Assembly (NCBI GenBank): GCA_028286485.1 | Contig: JAQBRM010000027.1 | Location: 10,632 to 74,631, forward strand | Origin: Candidatus Nomurabacteria bacterium | GTDB lineage: Bacteria; Patescibacteriota; Minisyncoccia; Phycocordibacterales; UBA9973 | DNA length: 64,000 nt | Reading direction: 5' to 3' | Part shown: one piece after another, positions 57,985 through 64,000 of the stretch | How the letters are laid out: each line of letters begins with the position of its first letter | Numbering within the stretch: the first letter of the stretch is position 1 | The notes under the pieces: model-generated | Told to the model about the DNA's origin: nothing | Databases searched by the model: none | The model's input: the letters and a program-made list of their open reading frames with translations, nothing else | Position numbers and translations under genes: made by a program

Positions 57985-58010
57985 TTTTTTGACCTACTCG
58001 AGTCGCCTCG

Positions 58011-58067
58011 TTGCACTATCTGAGGATTTTACATAGAGCGACTAATATTCTAGAACTGATATAATTC
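58011..58067 (+). promoter_or_regulatory. conserved 5' leader/promoter module, copy B
   Basis: GCAcTATCTGAgGAtTTTaCATAGAgCG...ATTCTAG..CTGaTATAATT, immediately upstream of the nucleotidyltransferase gene. Confidence 0.45.
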
Positions 58068-58074
58068 AAAGCAC

Positions 58075-58872
58075 ATGGAAACCCCTCACCCCATCAAAAA
58101 CATAGGGTCATATCTCCCTGTCGATGACCAAGGCTTCATTGTAAACTCAACTTCAATTGAGAAGATCCAGCCTGAATGGCTGCCTGCGGTTGAGGAAGTA
58201 AGGGAAGCATACGTGCAGCATTTTGGAGACAATTTGCACAGTGTCTATATCAGAGGATCAGTTGCTAAGGGTTGGGCGATAGAACATATTTCAGACATAG
58301 ACTCTTTCGCGGTTATCTCTCTTGCTTATGAAAAGATAGACATGTTATGGTCAGATCTCTTTAAACAAGAACTTATCTCTGAGTACCCATTTGTCACAGG
58401 GGTTGAAATTGGCGCTATCCCGCTAGATGAACTCAAAGATCACAAAGGTGATCAGATAATGATCAAGACTCAAGCTATCTGTATTTACGGCAAGAATCTT
58501 GCGGATGAAATTCCCGCAATGAAGCCCGGCATGGAAACCGCTCAACATATACACTTCATCAAGGGTGAGATTATCCGAACCCGGGAATGGCTTAACGGTG
58601 AGCACTCTGCGGAAGAAATCATGAGAAAATGCACTTGGATAATGAAGCGTATCCTACGCTCTGGTTTTGAACTGGTGATGGAGCGATCGCAGAAATACAC
58701 CCGTGACCTCTATCCTTGCTATGAGGGATTCTCGGAATACTATCCTGAGCAGAAAGACAATATGTATAAAGTATTACAACTGGCGATAAATCCCACTGAA
58801 GACACGGCTGAAATAGAAAAAGTTTTAAGTGATATTGGGGCTTGGATTATTAAGGAAATTGAGAATAACTAA
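58075..58872 (+). CDS. nucleotidyltransferase-domain protein, AadA/ANT(3'')-like architecture (N-terminal pol-beta NTase plus C-terminal helical domain)
   Basis: The NTase motif IRGSVAKGWAIEHISDIDSFAV parallels the AadA motif GS..G......SDID. 265 aa. AT-rich. Confidence 0.65.
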   Translation: METPHPIKNIGSYLPVDDQGFIVNSTSIEKIQPEWLPAVEEVREAYVQHFGDNLHSVYIRGSVAKGWAIEHISDIDSFAVISLAYEKIDMLWSDLFKQELISEYPFVTGVEIGAIPLDELKDHKGDQIMIKTQAICIYGKNLADEIPAMKPGMETAQHIHFIKGEIIRTREWLNGEHSAEEIMRKCTWIMKRILRSGFELVMERSQKYTRDLYPCYEGFSEYYPEQKDNMYKVLQLAINPTEDTAEIEKVLSDIGAWIIKEIENN

Positions 58873-58895
58873 GCGCTCGAGCTACGTCGTTCAAA

Positions 58896-58935
58896 TAAAA
58901 AAGATCACACACGTTTTATAGTATGTGATCTTTGC
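58896..58935. terminator. bidirectional terminator between convergent genes
   Basis: aagatcaca-cacgttttatagta-tgtgatctt, a 9-bp stem. Confidence 0.5.
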
Positions 58936-58941
58936 TAAAGA

Positions 58942-59742
58942 TTAGTCGAATATCGCATGAATTTCCCATTGCTTGCCGATATGATCGATGATGTTCGAGG
59001 GGAAGATGAGGTTGTTGGTTTTCTCATCCCTATCAGCACACCACGATCTTTCTTGGATCGTTTCAATCTGCGGTGATGCAAGAATCTCTTTCAATGAATC
59101 CCCGCCGCGATAGTGATGGTTAACGTATAATCCCTGGACGATTGGCGGCTCATCTTTTATTTGCTCAAAAAAGACAAGCACGCACACGGCCTTTCCCGGG
59201 TTAGAGAAAACCAAGCTTCGCTCAGATGTTCTCATTCCGATAGCTACATGTGCATGATCGGCGGCCCAACATTTTAAATGGTCGATGTCTTTCCCAAACG
59301 CAATAAGCACTCGCCGGGACTCATCGCGGACTTCCATCCATAGTTTGCCAAGTTGGTTACGTCCGTCTTTATTTTTTCCCCAACCCCAGAATGAGTCTTG
59401 CCACGAATTTTCAATCAACGGCCGGTTTCCGGAATCAATAAGCTTTTTCCTGACGTATGGATGCTGGGTGGCTTTCTCCCGCAAAATTTCTTTCATTATT
59501 GCAACTTTTACCTCGTGCCAATCAGCACGCTGGCTAAGCTCGTATTGACGGGCGATTTTTTTCGCATCATGCGCGGAGCGGGCATTCTTGATCTTCTCCT
59601 GAATTTCCGGATAATCGGGAAATTTTTCGTAGTGATATGCATGCTCAGAAGTCATAAAATCATATCCCTTCCAATTCAACATAAATGCAGAAAAGTTGGA
59701 AAATGGGTAATATTCGTGTTCGTAAAAGAATATAGGTTCCAT
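58942..59742 (-). CDS. NADAR-domain (YbiA/DUF1768-like) protein fused to an uncharacterised C-terminal domain of about 120 aa
   Basis: The N-terminus FFYEHEYYPFSNFSAF...SEHAYHYEKF...DSFWGWGKNKDGRNQLGKLWMEVR matches NADAR family motifs. The C-terminal half has no recognisable motif. Confidence 0.65.
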   Translation of the reverse strand: MEPIFFYEHEYYPFSNFSAFMLNWKGYDFMTSEHAYHYEKFPDYPEIQEKIKNARSAHDAKKIARQYELSQRADWHEVKVAIMKEILREKATQHPYVRKKLIDSGNRPLIENSWQDSFWGWGKNKDGRNQLGKLWMEVRDESRRVLIAFGKDIDHLKCWAADHAHVAIGMRTSERSLVFSNPGKAVCVLVFFEQIKDEPPIVQGLYVNHHYRGGDSLKEILASPQIETIQERSWCADRDEKTNNLIFPSNIIDHIGKQWEIHAIFD

Positions 59743-59912
59743 AGTGTTAAGTTTTCCTCATACTACGTTTTAAGAGGGATTTGTCAACAAATAGTTAAGT
59801 CACGCGCATTCCGAACACGGATGTTGTTTCTAATAATCTGATAAAGAAAAAATAAAGAATTATGAAGGTTTTTCACTTTGGATAAACCGGGAAACGCTTT
59901 ATACTATAGGTC

Positions 59913-60788
59913 ATGGAACAAGAAACTTTGACTGTTAAGTTTGATGGGCAAGAACATCAGGTGGATGTTCAAACTTTTGCGTATTCTGTTTTAAATTTTG
60001 CCACTGTTATCAAGGAAGCGAATAAAAAAGTAACGGGAAGCCCTATTGAAATAAATATTAAGGCGCCGGAAAAGGGCAGCGTGCTCGTTGATTTGGTTAC
60101 TAAAGTGACGCAAAGCCCCACCCTCTTACATGGATTACATACGGGAGCAGATCTTGTTACTGTCGTTGCGGGACTATATGGTTTCCATAAATTTATTAGC
60201 GGGAGGAAAATAAAAGAAACAAAAAAAGAAGATGGCGGCATCACGATTCATTTGGAGGACGGTTCGACAATGACGGTAGCGGAAAATGTTTACAACATTT
60301 ACGTGACTACGCCCGCGATATCAAATGGCATTTCTCAACATTTTTCTGCGCTTAGTGATGATCCGGCTGTTTCAAAGTTTGAAGTCATAAGAAAAGAAAA
60401 AAGGATTATTGAAGTTGATAAGGAAGATTATGATCGTCTTTCTATCAAGCAGCAAATTGAGACTGAGAACGCGAGAAGGATTGTTGAATCCGCCGAACTT
60501 CATGTTTATAAGATTGTTTTTGACAAGACAGATAGAAAATGGGAATTCTATTATAAGGGCAATAGAATATCAGCCAATATAACAGATGAAGACTTCTTCA
60601 AGATGATCGACGGAGGAGAATCATTTGCCAAAGGAGACCTATTGCGTGTTGATTTGCAAATTAATCAGAGCATGGATGAGTCAGTCGGCATTTACGTAAA
60701 CCAATCATATCAAGTATTAAAAGTCCACGAACACATAAAACGTTTAGAACAGGCACAACTACCTTTTAACAAAACTCTGGACGACTGA
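59913..60788 (+). CDS. hypothetical protein (291 aa, no recognisable domain)
   Basis: Long ORF with a plausible promoter (TATACTATA) and an RBS. Charged, beta-rich. AT-rich. Confidence 0.4.
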   Translation: MEQETLTVKFDGQEHQVDVQTFAYSVLNFATVIKEANKKVTGSPIEINIKAPEKGSVLVDLVTKVTQSPTLLHGLHTGADLVTVVAGLYGFHKFISGRKIKETKKEDGGITIHLEDGSTMTVAENVYNIYVTTPAISNGISQHFSALSDDPAVSKFEVIRKEKRIIEVDKEDYDRLSIKQQIETENARRIVESAELHVYKIVFDKTDRKWEFYYKGNRISANITDEDFFKMIDGGESFAKGDLLRVDLQINQSMDESVGIYVNQSYQVLKVHEHIKRLEQAQLPFNKTLDD

Positions 60789-60795
60789 CAACCCG

Positions 60796-61200
60796 TTATT
60801 GCACTTTCCGTAACGGCAGCAATGCCCGGATACGCGGATCGAGAATATAGAGCGTTCCCCACAGCAGAATGCCCACATAGACGGGAAAGAGGACGTTGCC
60901 AAAGAGCGGCAGACCGGCACGCAGGTTGGTCAGCACCGCTCCTCCGAGATCTCCCGTAAGCAGCAGGGCGCCGAGCACTGCGGTGCGCGGCAGGCAATAC
61001 AGCACCAGGCAAACCAATTCGATAATGCCAATCGGCACTGACAAGCCAAGCGGAAAGCCGAGCTGTATGAATGCCGCGGCAACAGGCGGAATAACCAGCA
61101 CATGGATAATGCCGTCAAATGCCAGAAACAGCACTAACAGCATCATGATGATTCTCCACACCCATAAACACCCTTTCGAAATTCCCAAATCTTGATTCAT
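60796..61200 (-). CDS. DoxX-like (DoxX_2) family membrane protein
   Basis: Four TM helices. GALLLTGDLGGAVLTNLRAGLPLFGNVLFPVYVGILLWGTLYIL resembles DoxX-like family 2. Confidence 0.5.
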   Translation of the reverse strand: MNQDLGISKGCLWVWRIIMMLLVLFLAFDGIIHVLVIPPVAAAFIQLGFPLGLSVPIGIIELVCLVLYCLPRTAVLGALLLTGDLGGAVLTNLRAGLPLFGNVLFPVYVGILLWGTLYILDPRIRALLPLRKVQ

Positions 61201-61300
61201 AAAAAATATTTAAGTTTGTATGATTATATTGTACCTTATACCCAGCCATGGTTCCAGGTACCTTTTCCTTATTTTATCCAAAAAAGACTAGTGGGCATTC

Positions 61301-61338
61301 AAAACAAAATAAAAAGCCCCGCTGAAAAGCAGCGTGGC
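61301..61338. terminator. terminator for the minus-strand gene 61362..61622
   Basis: gccccgctg-aaaa-gcagcgtggc hairpin, followed in the minus sense by a U-run. Confidence 0.45.
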
Positions 61339-61361
61339 TTCATCCGCAGTACGTCTTAGAA

Positions 61362-61622
61362 TTACTGCAAAAAATAGTTAGTGATTAAAAGAGCCCCTAT
61401 CCAGGTCACACTGAGATACAACACCTTCCGGCCCAATCCCACTGATGTCGAAAAGCAGCAGAGTATCGCTCCTACCGTGAGGAAAAAATAGTCGAGGTTA
61501 CTATAGAGCGAGGTAAGGCCTGCGTGGTTGAATTTAAATTCAAAGCCGGCGGAAATACCTGACATGCCCAAAAATACCATTGCAAGGATCAACAATCCGT
61601 TTTTTTCAATCAATTTTTTCAT
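61362..61622 (-). CDS. small membrane protein (three TM helices), hypothetical
   Basis: 86 aa. Driven by duplicated promoter module copy 2. Confidence 0.4.
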   Translation of the reverse strand: MKKLIEKNGLLILAMVFLGMSGISAGFEFKFNHAGLTSLYSNLDYFFLTVGAILCCFSTSVGLGRKVLYLSVTWIGALLITNYFLQ

Positions 61623-61640
61623 TGTCTGTGATTTTTCAGC

Positions 61641-61669
61641 ACTTTACTCTCCCCTCTTGCTAAAGTCAA
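61641..61669 (-). promoter_or_regulatory. sigma70-type promoter (minus sense TTGACT-N17-TAAAGT) with a conserved spacer, copy 2
   Basis: Minus-sense TTGACTTTAGCAAGAGGGGAGAGTAAAGT. The spacer is near-identical to the copy at 11455..11490. Confidence 0.4.
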
Positions 61670-61928
61670 TCAAGGAGGGTAGTATTCGAACAGTTCTTTA
61701 TCCAAGGGTGGCATTACTAGACGAGACTGGCCAATCCAATAGTGGTGAGCATCCTTGGGCACCATATACTGAACGAGACTCCTGAAAAAACAGGTGATCG
61801 AGATCCTGCACTACTACGGTTTGCAGGATTTTTTATTTACCCAGACTATAGTTCTGATTTCAGACTCAATACATAACTCTAATATTATTTTTGAAACCTT
61901 TCCCCTCAATCTTTGCTATAATTACCGC

Positions 61929-62153
61929 ATGGTTAAATTCAACGAGGTTACGTGGTATTCGAAATTAGCGGCAATCATCTTTTTCATCGGTGTTATACCA
62001 GTGCTGGCATTTTATATCGGCACACAGTACCAACAATCAAAAGATGCCCTGGCGAATGACGCGATTATACCCGTGTATCCCAAACTGACTCCCCATGCTC
62101 GCGCGATAGATGGTACAAAAGTTGAGACAACAATGTATATACCGAAGAACTAG
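61929..62153 (+). CDS. small membrane-anchored protein, hypothetical
   Basis: Internal start MVKFNEVTWYSKLAAIIFFIGVIPVLAFYIG of the 61794 track ORF. One TM helix. Confidence 0.3.
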   Translation: MVKFNEVTWYSKLAAIIFFIGVIPVLAFYIGTQYQQSKDALANDAIIPVYPKLTPHARAIDGTKVETTMYIPKN

Positions 62154-62159
62154 TGTACC

Positions 62160-62774
62160 TTATGCCTTTGCAGCCGATTCTATTTTCGCAATGGCTGCGT
62201 TGAATCCTATACTCGTTAGTGATGATCCCGATACCCTACCCACATGCACGCTGGCAATGTCCTTGCCGACAACGTATTGCTTATATCCTGAAACGAACAT
62301 GGTTTGATAGCGCGCGGAAGTACGATCACCGGGCTTTGGTACCACCGATACGGCAGTGACTACATCACTGCTCAGTGTGACCGTCACCGCAATCTGATCT
62401 TGGCCACCGGGAGAATTGTATGAACCGGTCGCTGAATAAGTGCCGTCATTGTAGACATTGGTTGCTACCGCTGTAGGTGTTGGAGTGGAGATTACGGTCT
62501 TTTTAGGAGTGACAGTAATAGGCTGAGAAGTGGTCGTGGTTGAGGTAGTAGTCGTTGTATCAGGTGCGGGAAAAATACTGCCAAAGGCTGCGGGGCTGGG
62601 CGCGGGAATGATGGGAGTTGGCGTGGGAATTGGCACAGTAGTCGTAGTATCAGAACCCACTGGCTGAGCCGGCGGGTTGAATGTTGAGGCAAACACGCCA
62701 ACTGCGGCGGCAATCACCACTCCCAGTGCTGCCAATCCCGCTCCTATGGCGTTTTGGGATTTTTTCGGTTCCAT
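62160..62774 (-). CDS. membrane-anchored FMN-binding domain protein
   Basis: N-terminal TM helix, Thr/Pro-rich linker, C-terminal FMN_bind-like YNDGTYSATGSYNSPGGQDQIAVTVTL...VSGSSLTSIGFNAAIAKI. Confidence 0.7.
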   Translation of the reverse strand: MEPKKSQNAIGAGLAALGVVIAAAVGVFASTFNPPAQPVGSDTTTTVPIPTPTPIIPAPSPAAFGSIFPAPDTTTTTSTTTTSQPITVTPKKTVISTPTPTAVATNVYNDGTYSATGSYNSPGGQDQIAVTVTLSSDVVTAVSVVPKPGDRTSARYQTMFVSGYKQYVVGKDIASVHVGRVSGSSLTSIGFNAAIAKIESAAKA

Positions 62775-62852
62775 GTGTTTATTATGCCATGTATTTATGA
62801 AGATGGCGTGAATTCACCCCCTCTTCATGTAAATTAGGTATACTTGAGGCAT

Positions 62853-63320
62853 ATGAAAAACTTTTCATCAATCCTCCTCCGTATTGCCATTGCAGCCGTA
62901 TTCATCTGGTTCGGCATTCAGCAACTCATTGATCCGACTTCATGGGTCGGCTTTCTGCCAACGTGGGTCAATACTCTTCCTATCAGTCAGACCGTATTCA
63001 TTTATTTGAATGGCGTGTTTGAACTGATATTCGGCACCGCCTTGCTGCTCGGATTTTATTCCAGAATCGCCGCCTTATTGCTCGGGCTTCATTTATTGGG
63101 TATCACTCAGACGGTCGGCTACAGTGCCATCGGCGTGCGGGACTTCGGACTGGCATTGTCAGCTCTTTCGATTGCGGCATCGGGCCCCAGTCCATTTTCA
63201 TTGGATATGGCATTCCGGAAAGACGAACCGGTAGTGACAACTACTTATACGCCTACAAGTTATACGCCTACAAGACCAATACAATCCCCCGAGCCCGTTG
63301 TCGAACACAAGGTTATCTAA
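62853..63320 (+). CDS. DoxX family membrane protein
   Basis: MKNFSSILLRIAIAAVFIWFGIQQLIDPTSW is the DoxX N-terminal pattern. Four TM helices, then a Thr/Pro-rich tail. Confidence 0.7.
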   Translation: MKNFSSILLRIAIAAVFIWFGIQQLIDPTSWVGFLPTWVNTLPISQTVFIYLNGVFELIFGTALLLGFYSRIAALLLGLHLLGITQTVGYSAIGVRDFGLALSALSIAASGPSPFSLDMAFRKDEPVVTTTYTPTSYTPTRPIQSPEPVVEHKVI

Positions 63321-63321
63321 T

Positions 63322-63798
63322 ATGAAAAACCGCTTCATCATAATTTTTCTTGCCACTTTCATACTCACTATTTTTGCAGTCCCTCATCCGCCACAACTCT
63401 TCGCCAAAATTATCCATACAAAGAGTGCTGTTCATAGCAAAACCGCCACTACCAAGAAAAAAATTGCTTCGACAAAGAAAGTTTCTAAAGCCAATGCGAA
63501 GAAAAAAATATCATCACCAAAAGTTGCCGCTGTTGCTGTCCCAGTAGCCGCTCCAACCTCCACCGCTTCCTATACACTGACAACGGTCGGCCTACACCAT
63601 TCGGCCGCAAGCTGCTGGACCACCATCAGCGGGAACATCTATGATCTCACACCATGGATTAAGCAACATTCCGGCAGCCGACAACCCGTGCTTTCATTAT
63701 GTGGTACGGATAGTACCGCTGCGTTCAACACCGAATATGCCGGCAGGGCAAAGCCCACGGAACAGCTTAAAGCGTTTTTGATCGGGAAACTGCAGTAA
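63322..63798 (+). CDS. membrane-anchored cytochrome b5-like heme-binding domain protein
   Basis: The C-terminal YTLTTVGLHHSAASCWTTISGNIYDLTPWIKQHSGS...LCGTDSTAAF matches the cyt-b5 HPGG-region pattern (variant HSGS). N-terminal TM helix and a Lys-rich linker. Confidence 0.65.
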   Translation: MKNRFIIIFLATFILTIFAVPHPPQLFAKIIHTKSAVHSKTATTKKKIASTKKVSKANAKKKISSPKVAAVAVPVAAPTSTASYTLTTVGLHHSAASCWTTISGNIYDLTPWIKQHSGSRQPVLSLCGTDSTAAFNTEYAGRAKPTEQLKAFLIGKLQ

Positions 63799-63917
63799 CA
63801 ATCCGATAATCTTCCGCAGCCGAGATAGTCGACTTTCATCAATATTCAAAATTAAGAAAAACCACCTGCTCCGATTATATGGGGGTGGTTTTTAGATGAA
63901 CCAATATTGGTTCTGAT

Positions 63918-64000
63918 CAGTTTTCTAAAAAGGCTTTGATTTTTTCAGCAAGCGCTTTTTCAAACTTTGCTTGTTCGCGCTCAGAACCTTCTTTATCAGT
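63918..64000 (-). CDS. partial CDS (3' end only), hypothetical
   Basis: Minus-strand frame ...TDKEGSEREQAKFEKALAEKIKAFLEN* ends at about 63918. The gene continues beyond the window. Confidence 0.3.

Noticed and set aside
56615-61262. tRNA-Gln as an integrative-element attachment site with a downstream direct repeat of the tRNA 3' end
   Set aside because: Downstream of the AT-rich islet I could find only a match of about 7–8 nt (ggttccag near 61250). That is too short to call an attR. No integrase or recombinase gene is present, so the island idea rests on composition and gene content only.
1-64000. CRISPR arrays, rRNA genes, group I/II introns, retron or DGR reverse transcriptases
   Set aside because: No regularly spaced direct repeats, no rRNA-like conserved stretches and no RT-like ORFs were noticed on reading the sequence. 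The check was visual, not computational.

Overview
This is a 64-kb, gene-dense stretch of bacterial chromosome. Many housekeeping proteins are domain-minimised: ProS is about 420 aa with no editing insert, UvrC lacks the (HhH)2 tail, the HtrA-type protease has no PDZ domain, and MutY is core only. Intergenic gaps are tiny and several proteins carry K/A-rich basic tails. By inference only, this points to a reduced-genome lineage such as Patescibacteria/CPR. Core content is ddl, a NUDIX hydrolase, uvrC–polyprenyl synthase–uvrA–uvrB, tgt, mreB–mreC, proS, rpsB–tsf, tRNA-Thr plus a decayed tandem copy, tRNA-Gln, a contiguous rpoB–rpoC–dnaG–rpoD block, trmD–KH protein–rpsP, RNase R, CapA-family protein, secG, RNase J, an MFS transporter, an S1C protease, a mutY-like gene and an ECF sigma with a putative anti-sigma. 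Accessory content is listed here. (1) A REP–RAYT–REP unit with perfect 28-bp inverted termini sits at about 46.4–47.1 kb; a REPIN/MITE-like doublet of the same termini sits at about 2.1–2.3 kb. (2) An eight-gene glycan/exopolysaccharide operon (GH8, CESA-like GT2, PMT/ArnT-like GT-C, beta-helix, EEP and others) lies beside a divergent DPM-synthase-like GT2–GtrA gene. (3) An AT-rich islet next to tRNA-Gln encodes an AadA-like nucleotidyltransferase, a NADAR-domain fusion and orphan proteins, two of them behind duplicated 5' leader modules. (4) A DoxX / cytochrome b5 / FMN-binding membrane redox cluster lies at the right end. No rRNA or CRISPR array was seen. I cannot count bases reliably at single-nucleotide resolution, so coordinates for features not in the ORF track (tRNAs, repeats, terminators, micro-ORF) are approximate to a few nt.
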